DNA of 64,000 nt from positions 74,524,001 to 74,588,000 of the forward strand of contig NC_043006.1 of NCBI RefSeq assembly GCF_006345805.1. The letters run 5' to 3'. Position 1 is the first letter of the stretch. Every line of letters begins with the position of its first letter. Source of the DNA: Octopus sinensis. Its lineage: Eukaryota. The notes under the pieces are model-generated. The model saw only the letters and a program-made list of their open reading frames with translations, did no database searches and was not told where the DNA came from. Positions 12,340 to 25,752 of the stretch are shown piece after piece. The position numbers and the translations under genes are program-made.

Positions 12340-13240
12340 TTTACAGAAAAACAAAAAACGAAGACTGGTGTATGAACAACAAGCAGGTGTACTAGTTTGA
12401 CGTTCGGGAAAGTAAGAAAGTCTTCTACGTTTCGAACGTATGCTCTTCATCAGAAGGGAATGAGAAAAAAATAAACAGAGAGCGAGTAGAAAAACTTGTA
12501 AATTTAGCGATCAAGCATGGCTACTTGGAAGAATTCCAACCGCGTTTCGTGGTTTGCTACCTCAACAGCTCCTTTATAGTATCCAGCGGCTAAAGACATC
12601 ATCAGGAGGAACCATGTCCGTTTTCGGTCCCTTCTTCTCTACCGTTTTCGACGCGGTGCCCCCCGCTTTCGGAGGCGTCTTCAGCTCTAGTGTTGAGTGC
12701 ATTTCTTCTTTCTCCTTCTTTCTTCGGTTCCCCGACCTCTTTGATGCAGCGTCAACTAGTGTCAGCGGGCGACTGGCCATCCTGCTAAATTTCTCTTTAA
12801 ATAAATACTCGCTCGTAAGATCCAGCAGCCAGCACCGGCTAGTTGTCACGTGAGACGGTCTAAGCTTCAACTGACTAATCTTAGCCCGCGTCCTCTCTAA
12901 GTCTGACTTCCAACAGTGTCGTGTTAGTTTCAGTTCCAGCAGCCAGATCCGACCAGCTGTTTGGTGATACAAGTCTTCGAACCAGGAGGAGGGGGTGCCA
13001 TGAATGAAACCGATACCTGTCAACAGGCGATGCTGCTTAAATGTCAGCCAGTCTCACCAAGCGATGCTATTTCCCAGCCGGCATATTATGGCTTTCAAGC
13101 CGTTTTTGGTCTTCTCGTTTCAGCCATTATTAGAAGCTGGCTTTGTCGACTGCCTCCTGTATCCTTATTACTTTTCCCCGCTCTGAGCTCGAAAATGCAA
13201 ACCCTTTAACGTTGTCATTTTTCTTTCAATGAAGCCTCTA
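12340..13240 (-). mobile_element. Putative Penelope-like element remnant: GC-rich ORF fragment followed by a hammerhead-bearing terminal region
   Basis: Non-repetitive, GC-richer ORF at 12574-13023 (149 aa, basic and helical, with an in-frame stop just upstream). It is on the same strand as, and upstream of, the hammerhead. No RT or endonuclease motifs are seen. Confidence 0.4.
12421..12460 (-). ncRNA. Minimal type I hammerhead motif (Penelope type)
   Basis: The minus strand reads ccctt-CTGATGA-a-GAGC(atac)GTTC-GAAAC-GTA-gaaga. Stem I is imperfect. Confidence 0.6.
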
Positions 13241-13334
13241 GCCCCTACTGTGTGCGTGTGCACATGTGTGTGTAGGAGTGTATGTGTTAATTAGGTCCAT
13301 ATGTTTCAAGTCATCCGGCAAAGTATTAGCATTG

Positions 13335-13524
13335 GTGAGTCTATAGAATTGTTAGCACTCCGGGCAAAATGCTTACCCGCATTTGTTCCGTCTTCACATT
13401 CTGAGTTCAAAATTCCCGATAAATTAAGTATCAGTGAAACACTGGTGCCGATGTAATCGACTAGTCCCCTCTCAGAAAATCTCAGGCCTTTTGCCTTTAG
13501 TAGGAATTATTATTATTATTATTA

Positions 13525-13583
<59 letters not shown>

Positions 13584-13800
13584 AGGCACTGAGCTGTCAG
13601 AATCGTTAGCATGTTGAACGAAATGCTTAGCGGTAATTTGCTCGTTGCTACGTTCTGAGTTCAAATTTCCCCGAGGCCAAGTTTGCCTTTAATCATTTCA
13701 GTGTCGATAAATTAAGTACAAGTGAAATATTGGGGTCGATGTAATCGATTTGTCCCCTCACCCAAAATTTCAGGCCTTGTGTTTTTAGTAAAAAGGATTA
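13335..13800 (+). mobile_element. Two diverged SINE family A copies with the alternative tail Y, each followed by (TAT)n
   Basis: Heads near 13335 and 13582, B-box gagttcaaa, tail gtcccctc..aaaat.tcaggccttg...tagta. (TAT)n at 13506-13582 and 13803-13862. Confidence 0.8.
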
Positions 13801-13806
13801 ATATCA

Positions 13807-13862
<56 letters not shown>

Positions 13863-14055
13863 GGCTGAAGAAAAATTAAATTAAAGAAAGCGAGGAAATT
13901 TATTTAGTAAATTAAATAAAACGCAAAGAATGAGCAACAAAGACACATTAGAAAAGCAATATGTATATATTATATGTATACACATATTGTATATATGCAT
14001 ACATGATAAGGTTAATATTGTTACATTTATCGTGTGTATATACATATTGTATATA

Positions 14056-14268
14056 AGGCGGCGAGCTGGCAGAAACGTTAGCACGCCGGGCAAAATGCTT
14101 AGCGGTATTTCGTCAGTCGTTACGGTCTGAGATCGACTTTGCCTTTCATCCTCTTGGGGTCGATAAATAAAGTACCAGTTTCGCACTGGGTCGATGTAAT
14201 CGACTTAATCCCTTTGTCTGTCCTTGTTTGTCCCATCTATGTTTAACCCCTCGTGAGCAATAAAGAAA
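14056..14268 (+). mobile_element. SINE family A monomer with a 21-bp target-site duplication
   Basis: aggcggcgagctggcagaaacgttagc...taaagaaa, flanked by tgtatatacatattgtatata at 14035-14055 and 14269-14289. Confidence 0.9.
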
Positions 14269-14694
14269 TGTATATACATATTGTATATATGTGGACATAA
14301 CGCCATCGAAAACAATTTCTACTGCAAGCATGCATGTTTCTGCTGCAGAATCTTCCGGTAGAAAGAGACAGCATCTGCAGAAAGGTTGCTTCACATGGTG
14401 CTTAAGCACATGTGGGTCGGATATGCAAGTGCATAAATGTGTGTGTGTGAGTGTGTGTGTATGTGTGTGTGGTACTAACAACATGAAGAAAGGCTAACGC
14501 CAGAAATTCTTTAATGAGTGCTAAATTCGCTTTTACCGTAGGTTTCGTGCTAATGAATTACTAAGTAATTATTCAATTAGACATACAAATGACATTACAT
14601 TTCACCATAATGGCTAATGTTCACTTTATCCATTAATTGAAATTCCTTTTAAGCGCGTGCTTATATTGTGTATGTATGTGTGCGTGTACATATA

Positions 14695-14742
<48 letters not shown>

Positions 14743-14744
14743 AA

Positions 14745-14829
<85 letters not shown>

Positions 14830-16249
14830 ACACAAACATATTCTGAAGCACATGCACAATTATATCTGTATATGTGTAAATGTGTTTACATGAGTGTTTG
14901 TGTGTGTCCACGCGCGTGTGAGATATCTTTGGTTGCTGTCTTTTTGAGTATTTCCTTCGGCCATTAACAGGGTAAGTACTAAAAGTGCACTCAGCTGAGA
15001 ATCATGACCGTTTCGTGATGTCCATTCGATAATCGCTTGATCAAAGGTGTTTGCGATAACATTATACACTAAGCAGTTAATATTAATATTACATTGCTTG
15101 CCGTCATAAAAGGTGGAAGTAAACATGAGATAATCTAATTGTCCTAGTTTACTAAAACACGACCGTGGGTCTGTTTTATTATGTACCACTTGTGCTAAAT
15201 CACAATAACAGTAAACGTCTTCCTAAAATGATAGGTTTTGTATAAGAATCGATGTGTCAGAATCGATATTTGATATGTATAGATAGTAAATGTAAGAAGC
15301 TTGCTATGTAACTATGTGGTTACGGAAAAGAAAGAGCTCATGACAAATAATCTTCAAGCAAACCTGTGTCAAATACTTGAAACAACGTAGGTGACTTTAA
15401 AAGAATACAGAGGCCGGTTAGTAACGTTAAGCATAAGCAATTCGACAAATGTCTACCACTCCAGTAAGAACAGGTATGATCAAAATAACAGCCTTTCATA
15501 GCTTTTTCCAACCCAGTTTCATGCATAAGGCTTGAGAAGATACTTCTCCAAGTAGCACCGCACAATTAAATATAACCCGAAATCCTGTGATTGCGAAACG
15601 AACTTCTTAAGCATGTGGCCATATATGGCTGTGTGTATTTTACTTCTTTGTCAAAATTTTGATAGAGGCGTAATTAACACAAAAATTTTTAAATCATTAA
15701 TCTATTACAAAGAATCTAGTTCTTGTGTTCTATGTTGGAAATTAAAATCCAGTTTATTTATTGTTTCGTAGCGCCTATCTTCCAACGTAAATTGTCTGCC
15801 AGAAAATTCAATGCTTTCAGGAAAGTCATAAATCAAGGCCCTACAACAGTATAAAACCATTTTGCCTTCCGAGTAACCGTCTATATAGTTATTTGTGTAA
15901 AATTTGCCTTGGATAAAAGCAATGATTAGTCACAATCGTTAGAGTACATTTAGGTATGAAGTTCCGTTTATTTACGCTCTAAATTACAATTTTATCAAAT
16001 ATATTTTGTCTTTTTTCATTCTGATGTTGATAAAACAGGCATCAGACAAGTACAGAAGCAATAAAATCAAATCAATTTCCCTCCCCGAAATTGACGTCTG
16101 GCGCATAACTATTATAAGCCATTATGTCGCTTCATCTGCACCTGTACTGGCCAAGAGTCTCGTTTCAAGACTAAACTCACAAAGAAGAAATCAAGCTACA
16201 CGTAATTTAACATTTACAACTAATTTTGAATGTTTAATAAGTATCATAA

Positions 16250-16520
16250 CAGAGACGCGTGGCCGAATGGTTGAGGTGTTAGACTCACTGTCGTACGATC
16301 AGGATTTAGATTCTTAAAACGGAAAGTGGTTATTGTTCTTGCATAAAATACCATTTTTCGCGTGGTGCCAGCTGAAGATATTTGGCAACACTAATTGAAG
16401 ATTAAGTACTGCGACAGAACGGCGTCCCATTCAAAGAGAAGTATTGTGATCTCTGTCGATCAATACGGCCAGAAACCCGAATAAATCTCCAACCCAATTA
16501 GCTTATAGGCTCATGACATT
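16250..16520 (+). mobile_element. Old tRNA-derived SINE with a V-domain-like 3' part
   Basis: A-box tggccgaatgg, then ctgcgacagaacggcgtcccattcaaag...ccagaaacccgaataaatctcc, similar to 42857-42940. Confidence 0.55.
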
Positions 16521-16530
16521 CCTGAGAACT

Positions 16531-16590
<60 letters not shown>

Positions 16591-16607
16591 ATATATATAT
16601 AGGTATG

Positions 16608-16650
<43 letters not shown>

Positions 16651-17721
16651 GTAATATATATATATATAATATATATTATATATATATTATATATATTTTA
16701 TAGTACTATATGTATATGTATGTATGTATGTATATGTTACGGAATATACACATTTACTCTCTGATCCTAATGGAATAGTTTTAGCGGCAATTTAGCAAAT
16801 TGTTTGCTGTAGGCGGAACAGTACGTTAACCTTGAAAGTCGATTACGTACAACGACCATTTAAAAGCTTTGTCTTGAATTCTCTAACAAATAAACTGGAG
16901 TAAATAACAACGAAAAAAGATACAGTTAATTCAGTAGATAAAAGCCTGCTGAAATCTATTTCAAGTTATTTTAATTACAGGACTATAGAAAAAACATTTG
17001 CGATGCAAAATGAAAAAAGAAAAAATTAACTAAACAAAATTCCTAATATTAGAAGTTGCTTTTTTCTGACGCTACGTATATATTTTTCCTTAAGTACGCA
17101 GCAGTATGTTAGTGGTGCTTGTTAGCTTGTTTCATACATTACAAAGACATGAAAAATATTATCGTTTTGGCTTCAGAGCATTAAGACAGGGAAATATACA
17201 AATTTAAGTTGGCCCAGCAGTTTTAGCCCTATCCACTTTTTCATTGTTTAAAGAATAGTGAGTGCTAAACATAATTATCATAGTCAACCTAGATATTTTA
17301 ATGAAACGCAAAATGAGGAAAAGAGGTATTATTAAAAAAAGCTTTATGTATATATCTTCATTATTAATTCTCAAAGGTCAGCAATTTCTTAATGTTTCAT
17401 TTTGAAGATAATAGTTTTCAGTTCGTAAGTTCAAGTTTATTCAATTTTCAGAATCATGTTTATGACTTCTCAATGTAAATTTAAATTTGATGCCGCAGAC
17501 AAATTGTATTTGATTTCATGCTGCAAAAAAAAAATGAAAAAAAAATTTGAAACTTGATATGATTTAGTAAACAATTTTGAATTTCAACTTGTCCAGTGTT
17601 TACATTTACCAAAATAATGATTACATATAGAAAACAACAACGCGCATATCTTAAAAATAAGAATATAAATTTGTGTAATAATCTGTATATTTATATATAT
17701 ACATATGTACATGTATATATA

Positions 17722-17820
<99 letters not shown>

Positions 17821-17854
17821 GTGTGTGTGTGAGTGTGTGTATGTGTGTGTGTGT

Positions 17855-17996
17855 GACTGCAAGAAGCTTGCTTCACGACCGACCACATATTCCGGGTTCA
17901 GTATCACTGCTCTGCACCTGGGCAAGTGTCTATAGCTTCGGGCCGACCAAAGCCTTGTGAGTGGATTTGGTAGACGGAAACTAGAGAAGCCCGTGG

Positions 17997-18053
<57 letters not shown>

Positions 18054-18400
18054 TTTCTTAGGGAATAAAAATTCTGGCATCACAGGGGTTCAAATTATTC
18101 TCAATGAAGAAATAATGTATGTATATTAAATATATATATTATATATATATATATAAGTATATATGTGTGTGTGTGTGTGTATATATATATATGTTGGGTG
18201 TGTGTTGTATATATATATATATATATATGTATGTGGTTGTATATATATTTGTGTGTGTATGTCTGTGTTTGTCCCCCCACCATCTCTTGACGACCGATCC
18301 TGGTATGTTTATGCCCCCATAAATTAGCGGTTCGGCAAAAGAGACTGATCGAATAAGTACTAGGCTTACGAAGAATAAGCCCTGGAGTCGATTTCCACGG
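17855..18400 (+). mobile_element. SINE family B copy split by an expanded internal microsatellite
   Basis: 5' half at 17855-17998 (cacctgggcaagtgtc...ggtagacggaaact) and 3' half at 18255-18400 (gtttgtccccccaccatc...agaataagccctggagtcgatt). Confidence 0.8.
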
Positions 18401-18482
18401 TTTAAAATCGCTTCGATAACGCGCGTGACAAATCAAACACGCATGAAGGCATGGATGAGAGAACCATGGTATATCGATTATA

Positions 18483-18819
18483 CCATGGTTCTTTAAGGAC
18501 GCACTGAAACCCTCTCTGAAAGCCTTCAACATCGACCATGACACTTGGGAGCAATCTTTTCTAGACAGAGAAGGATGGCGATCAGCTGTCCACAAGGGTT
18601 CCAACACATGCGAGACCAATAGGATCGCTGCTGCTGAAGACCGCAGACAAGCCAGGAAGAACAGAGCTAACAACCCGGTAGCAGGCGCTACCATTCCCTG
18701 TCCACACTTTCGGCGCAGATTGGCCTCAGTAGCCATCTGCGGACTCATAAAACAAGCCCACCCCACCCCAGGATGACTAGATGGTTTCGTCGCGTTGACG
18801 TACACAAAAAAAAAAAAAG
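18483..18819 (+). mobile_element. RTE-clade LINE, 3' fragment with poly(A) and a 12-bp TSD
   Basis: FKDALKPSLKAFNIDHDTWEQSFLDREGWRSAVHKG...IPCPH..RAQIGLSSHLRTH (RTE C-terminus with zinc knuckle). A-tail at 18806-18818. TSD atatcgattata at 18471-18482 and 18820-18831. Confidence 0.9.
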
Positions 18820-18881
18820 ATATCGATTATATAATTGGAATTACACACAAACACACACACACACGTATATATATATATATT

Positions 18882-19198
18882 CGTGGCTTAGTGGTTAGGG
18901 TATTTGGCTCACGATCGTAAGGTCATAAATTCGATTCCAGGCGGCGCGCATTACATCCCTGAGGCAAGGCACTTTATCTCACGTTGCTTCATTTCACTCA
19001 GCTGGAAAAATGAGTTGTACATGAATTTCTAAGGGCTAGCCCCTTCGCATTATATATCACGACGTACCTCCTTGAGGACTACATTAAGGGCACGCATGTC
19101 TGCGGAATGCTCAGCCACTTGCATGTTAATTTCACGAGCAGGTTGTTCTGTTGATGGGATCAACTGGAATCCTAGTCGTCGTCAACGACGGAGTACCA
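18882..19198 (+). mobile_element. tRNA-derived SINE with a CORE-like centre and the family C tail
   Basis: A-box tggcttagtgg, B-box ttcgattcc, ccctgaggcaaggcacttt...cactcagctg. The tail gctcagccacttgcatgttaatttcacgagcagg...cgacggag is shared with 59280-59395. Confidence 0.8.
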
Positions 19199-19583
19199 TT
19201 TATGCATACAAACATCCATACATGCTCATTTCTTCAAATTAGTTTTAGGACCGTAACACGAAGCAGAACATGTATTTCAAGAGACGTCATACGTAAAACA
19301 TCAGATTTTTGGATTTATTCGGCAACATCGGCCACACACACGCACACGCGTGCGCGCACACATACACATAAAGTCATGCAGACACACACACACACACATG
19401 CATTTATATGTATATATATATATATATATTTATGCGTGTACATATGAAATCACTTTACACTATAGTTGCAGGTACTTTGCTAAGATGACGCGCAATGAGA
19501 TTGAACGTTGATCGTCCATGTAGCGAAATAAAGTTTTTAAAGATACATCCATGCTTGTATTTAGATTACTGTTTAAATTTTCT

Positions 19584-20190
19584 TTATTACCCCCGCCTTA
19601 GCGAAGGCAGAGACATTGTTTTCAGTCATGTTTTTTTTCCTTTTTTTAAAATTTTTGTCCATGGACAAGATATCTCAAGAACCGCAGGCTGGATTTTGCT
19701 AAAACTTTCTGGGATGTTTGGCATCGTGATTGTCACGAATAGATTAGATTTGGGGATCGATCCAGTACTGGACAAGAACTCTGGATTATTTGTTATATCT
19801 ACTTTACTTGATTACGATCTAACGTTAACTTTCAAGTTTTTCTCATTTATCTCCCTTTAGGCTGTAACTATTTTGAACGATGAATTTTTAAACTTTGGCT
19901 CGTATTAGATAAGGATAAACTATTTATTACTGTTACTAAATTTTCTACAGCCATCTTCACATTCCATGACTACCATTGGGATCGATCAAGTACCATACAA
20001 GTATTCTGAATTAATTTCCCGGTTTATTTTATTTAATCTTTTAGAGCGGTTCGTTTTTAGCATTCTTGTTTGTGAGAGCGGTCGAGTATATTTCAGATAT
20101 TCTCATTTTAAAAATCATCTCCGGGTAATCGTTGAGAGGACGTTGGCGTAGGCAAGGCGGAGGTTTGCGCTCTCTGAGTGCTCTTGTTTT
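19584..20190 (+). mobile_element. Non-autonomous DNA element (HINE/Helentron-like or CryptonV-like architecture)
   Basis: Subterminal inverted repeat acccccgcctt (19589-19599) and aaggcggaggt (20154-20164), a 3' stem-loop gcgctc-tct-gagtgc, T-rich ends and an internally repeated ggggatcgatc motif. Confidence 0.65.
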
Positions 20191-20717
20191 AATTGTTTTG
20201 CTGAAAGATAGTTGCTGAGTATACAAAACGGCAATCAGTTCCTCTCTGAAGGCATACTTCATTACTTCAGTATAATATGTGGTTTCCCGTTTCATCCTTG
20301 ATATTCTGTTGTCTCCCTGTATGGTAATTTTAAGTATTTCAGTTAACATATTTAGGAAAATATGCAATAACCTACAATCCAGGATACATTTTCTCATCTA
20401 TTCCATTAAACCTGAGGTCGAAATTGTTAACGATACTGTTTGAAACGGACTGGCTTGACAAACATGCTAATAGACGATTGGTCCAAATACCAACAGTTTA
20501 TTTATTTGCATATGCCACTATGTTGACTATCTCTCTTTATCAATCTACTTTTTTTTATATAACTATTATTCATTTTTGCTTTAGCTTATCTTTATTTTTG
20601 TGTATGTGTGTGTTTATCCATTTATCAAACTAGCAATTTCGATTTTCCGTGACTTCGTAAATTATGTGGTTTAACGAGAGGTAAAGAGGTAGTGTAGATA
20701 GCTAGCTACTAAGCATG

Positions 20718-20767
20718 ATAGATAACCAGATATATATATAGATAGATAGATAACCAGATATATATAT

Positions 20768-20825
<58 letters not shown>

Positions 20826-20974
20826 GATAGATAGATAGATAGATAGGTTGGGAGGTAGGCAGAGAGAAAGGCAGATAGCCAGGTTAATTGATAGATAGAG
20901 AGAGAAATAGAGGGATATGTAAAAGGAAAGAGAGACAGACAGACAGACAGAAAGAGAGAGACAGACAGACAGAA

Positions 20975-21005
<31 letters not shown>

Positions 21006-21006
21006 A

Positions 21007-21037
<31 letters not shown>

Positions 21038-21040
21038 GAT
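20718..21040. repeat. (AGAT)n and (AGAC)n microsatellites upstream of the exon
   Basis: Directly visible. Confidence 0.95.
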
Positions 21041-21341
21041 GCTATCCATATAAAGGCACGTACACAGACAAAAATTTACGTGAATGCACACATACAATTA
21101 AGCCGAATGGATAAAATGATAGATTCATTGATGGATGGATCAATAAATCGAAGCATCAATCAACGGGCTGGACATTACAGCATATGAATGAAATGGATTG
21201 TTAAGTATGAAACCACTTAATACTCAAAAATTTATACATAATTTTTTTTTGTTCTCTTTTGTCGTTAAGTATCAAACTATTTCATACTCGCTTGTGTATT
21301 AATACATTTGTTTTGCTTTCTTTTACAACCTTTTAATCCAG

Positions 21342-21543
21342 GCTGTTATTTTCCAAGAACAGCGAAAAATGTTCAGACAAGGAATGTTTCACCAGTGCCG
21401 CGATAGTTATAATGCACTTTGGCAAAAGCAACTCTATTCGGCATCGTCACTGATTCTGCTGTTTGTTATCCCGCTCATAATAATGGTTACATCCTACCTG
21501 CTCATTTTAAAGACTATTGTTAAAACATCGAGACAGTTTCACG
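21342..21543 (+). CDS. GnRHR: Internal coding exon of the octopus GnRH/corazonin-type receptor (class A GPCR; ECL2, TM5, start of ICL3)
   Basis: Polypyrimidine tract and acceptor ccag| at 21341, donor |gtaagt at 21544; 202 bp, phase 0 to phase 1. Translates AVIFQEQRKMFRQGMFHQCRDSYNALWQKQLYSASSLILLFVIPLIIMVTSYLLILKTIVKTSRQFH, with the ECL2 Cys and the TM5 F..P..I...Y motif. Matches my recollection of Octopus vulgaris oct-GnRHR, and the PQ| intron position is typical of GnRHR-superfamily genes. Confidence 0.92.
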
Positions 21544-21729
21544 GTAAGTCATTTCAGTCTTTAGTCAATAAGTTGTTGTTGTTGTTGTTGTTGTTTTGCT
21601 TTTTATTCTCACTTTCATTTGATTTATTGTGATTTGCTTTTATCACTCCGAAAAGCTTGTGCCTACTAGCTACGGACATCCATAATAGTATAACAAAAGA
21701 AAAACAAAATATAAAACATCTTATTCTTT

Positions 21730-22210
<481 letters not shown>

Positions 22211-22642
22211 CTATGTCTCTATTTCTCACTAAGTAGGAAGAGAAATAATCAATTCTCTGCTACGAAGTGAAATATTCGGTCAGTCGACAGATGGTGACAG
22301 AGTGAAATATTGGTATGGATGGAAGCAAGAATGAGATAAGATGGTTTAGTGCAAGTAAAAGAAGAGATATTACTCTACAATCGACAGTGGAAATTAGAGA
22401 GGTAACAGAAAGTAAGTCATTTATAGAGAAAGTGACAGAGACTGAAAGACAGAAAAATTGTTGATGATATCGAAATGTACGTTGGTGAAATTTGGGGTAT
22501 GAAACGAAAGCGAGGGAGATTTTTATTGGAAGGGTAAAAAGTGGTAATTATGATGGAATGAATAGGGAGAGATGAAATACAAAAGCATGTGAGGAATCTC
22601 CTAATATAATAATGAGCGAGTATTTTCAATATTTGTGTGTGT

Positions 22643-22681
<39 letters not shown>

Positions 22682-22746
22682 CTTACCTCTGGTATTTGAT
22701 TACTCTTTTTCCACCATTTATGTGTTACTCCGGTATATGTATACAC

Positions 22747-22792
<46 letters not shown>

Positions 22793-23455
22793 GTGTGTGT
22801 GTGTGCCCCAGCATGGCCACAGCTCGTGGGCGAAACTAGATGAAAATTAAAATAACGTATATATATATATATATTCGTCCAAAACCACGCAGAGTAGTGA
22901 AAGTGAAGGGAGAAGAGAGAAAATAGTAATTCAGTGAAGGAGAAGTAGTGAGAGAAATAGCCCTGACTGAGCGGGAGTGAGAGAAAGTAATACCAATGAG
23001 AATGAGGAAGTGGCAAAGAGAGCGTCGTGTATCTTCTTTTTTTCTCAGTCACAACATGTGAATGACAAAGGTGTGTGTGTGTGAGCGTTTGTGTGTGTGT
23101 GTGTGTGGTGTGTGTGTGTGTGTGTGCGTGCGCGCGTGCAATGGAAATGAAATGGTGAAATGCTGTTTCAACTTTGTGTGAGTATATGAGTGCATGTGCA
23201 AGGGAAGCATGTGAATGTTTGTATCTGTAATTATTACGTACCTTAATTTGTAACTTATTTATATATAAAATACTACAATTAGCCGTCAGTTTTGACTGCA
23301 CGGGGTAAGCTACTGTAGTAAGAATTGTAGAATTTGAGGGCTAAGATCATAAGTATAAGAAAGTAAATAGACAACTTTTGAAATATACTCGAAGCCAAAG
23401 GGACTGAAAAAAACTGGTCGAACTTCTTACAAAGAAAATATATGAAGATTATTAC

Positions 23456-23742
23456 GAGGCGCAATGGCCCAGTGGTTAGGGCAGCGGACTCGCGGTGGTA
23501 GGATCGCGTTTCGATTCCCAGACCGGGCGTTGTGAGTGTTTATTGGGTGAAAACACCTAAAGTTCCACAAGGCTCCGGCTGTACTCTTTCGCCACAACTT
23601 TCTCTCAGTCTTTCTTCTGTTGGCCTGCTCGCTTAGCCAGCCGGGTGGCGTCATTTGAAGGCTAAAACAATTCAAAGCGCATTGTGACCGGCGATATGTA
23701 GCAACATCTTATAGACTGGTCGGTCATGGTGATCACGGTGAT
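23456..23742 (+). mobile_element. tRNA(Arg)-like SINE family C head with a distinct tail
   Basis: gaggcgcaatggcccagtggttagggcagcggactcgcgg...cacaactttctctca matches 59016 onward, then diverges into gttggcctgctcgcttagccag...cacggtgat. Confidence 0.85.
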
Positions 23743-23744
23743 GT

Positions 23745-23752
23745 AGTATATA

Positions 23753-23785
<33 letters not shown>

Positions 23786-23808
23786 TCATGTATGTATGTA
23801 TGTATATG

Positions 23809-23841
<33 letters not shown>

Positions 23842-24069
23842 ATATATATTCATGTATGTATGTATGTATGTATATGCATATATATATATATATATAGGTA
23901 TGTATGTAGATGCATATATATATATATAATATATATATATATGTATGTATGTATGTATATGCATATATAATAAATATATATATATAATATATATATATAT
24001 ATAATAGTATGTATGTATATGATATATATATAATATATAATATATAATATATATATATATATGTATATG

Positions 24070-24104
<35 letters not shown>

Positions 24105-24147
24105 TATATATGTATGTATATGCATATATATATATATATATTATATA

Positions 24148-24182
<35 letters not shown>

Positions 24183-24246
24183 GTATGTATATGCATATAT
24201 ATATATATGTATGTATATGCATATATATATATATGTATGTATATGC

Positions 24247-24278
<32 letters not shown>

Positions 24279-24292
24279 ATATATATATATAT
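23745..24292. repeat. Long compound (TA)n/(TATG)n/TGCA microsatellite
   Basis: Directly visible. Confidence 0.95.
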
Positions 24293-25359
24293 GAGGAGAG
24301 AAATGCATATTAATCATTGCACTGTGCCTAAAGATTTGTCTGGGACACAAGACACAAGGCACATTATATAAATCTTCCCGGTTACCGTGCTTTCATGACA
24401 TGAAATTATTACTAGCTCTTATTTAAATACTTTGTGCATTATATATGCGTGTACGTATACACACACAAATGGATACATACATATATACATGTGTATGTAT
24501 GTATCTATATATTATGAATGTATGCATGTATTTATATATCTATGTTTACGACGAGCTTCAGCGCAGCTTCTGCCCACTAAATTCCACACGCAAGGCAATG
24601 TACAAAAGTAAACTGCAGGAAAATACATTTGCTTAAGGTGTCACTCGGTGTCCAATAATGTGCTTTTGATAAATAGTTGCTTCACACAGCAGTATAGTCT
24701 CTGCTTTCATTTTGACTGTTCGTCGGTCACTACATCAGATGTTTTCTAGTTAATCTGTAAAAACAAGCATATTCGTGCACCCCTGTCTACAATTTATATA
24801 CAATACTTAAACATGTTATAAACCCAGTCATATTTTGGCCACATATATCCCTTGATTCTTAAGCGCAAGTGGTCTCGTTCGCGCAAGAAGTAGTCTTGTA
24901 CAATCAGTTCTGGGGCTATATGTTTTCTGAAGAGTTTGACGAAAACTTTCTTGTAGAATGGGAGCTTTCTATTTCACTATTTGACTACCAGTTTTTCCAT
25001 TAGTTATCTTTTGCAAAAACTCTCAAAAGTCTTCACTGGAGACGTATATTTTAGGAGAGATTTTTTATAAATTATTCTTTTTGTAGCATGTTTGATCCAC
25101 TGCATGACGGTTGGATTTCATTCTTCCCTTCTAATTTTCCCACCTCCAAAAATTCTCCACATCATTCCGGGAAAGATAATTTACAATATACAATTATCGT
25201 TTTCCGGTAGAACTTAAGATTGATACACAGAATGTGGTGTCATTTCCTTTGCTATTAATAGCTTTTCATCTACTATTCGTAGCTCATAGTTAAGGCAGTT
25301 AGTTTAGCTGACAGAGTCTCTTGTCTACTGTTCCTTAAATTTTAGTTTATAATAATACT

Positions 25360-25752
25360 CTTTTCTACTCTAGGAACAAGGCCCGAAAGTTTGGGGGAGG
25401 GGACCAGTCGATTAAACCGACCCCAGTACGCAAATGGTACTTATTGACCCTGAAAGGATGAAAGGCAAAGTTGACCTCAGCGGAATTTGAACTCAGAACG
25501 TAAAGACAGACGAAATACCCATTTCTTTACTACCCACAAGGGGCTAAACACAGAGAGGAAAAACAAGGACAGACAAATGGATTAAGCCGATTATATCGAA
25601 CCCAGTGCGTAACTGGTACTTATTTAATCGACCCCGGAAGGATGAAGGACAAAGTCGACCTCGGCGGAATTTGAACTCAGGATGTAAAAACAGACGAAAT
25701 ACCGCTTAGCATTACGCCCGGCGTGCTAACGTTTCTGCCAGCTCGCCGCCTT
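25360..25752 (-). mobile_element. SINE family A dimer (tail X unit plus tail Y unit) with TSD
   Basis: Head at 25752. Flanked by ttagtttataat(a/c)atact at 25342-25359 and 25751-25768. Confidence 0.9.

Noticed and set aside
18101-18805. 234-aa minus-strand ORF
   Set aside because: It is the antisense of the RTE fragment plus SINE and microsatellite sequence.
21369-21632. ORF-track boundaries for the GPCR fragment
   Set aside because: The real unit is a spliced exon 21342-21543; residues after RQFH are intron read-through.
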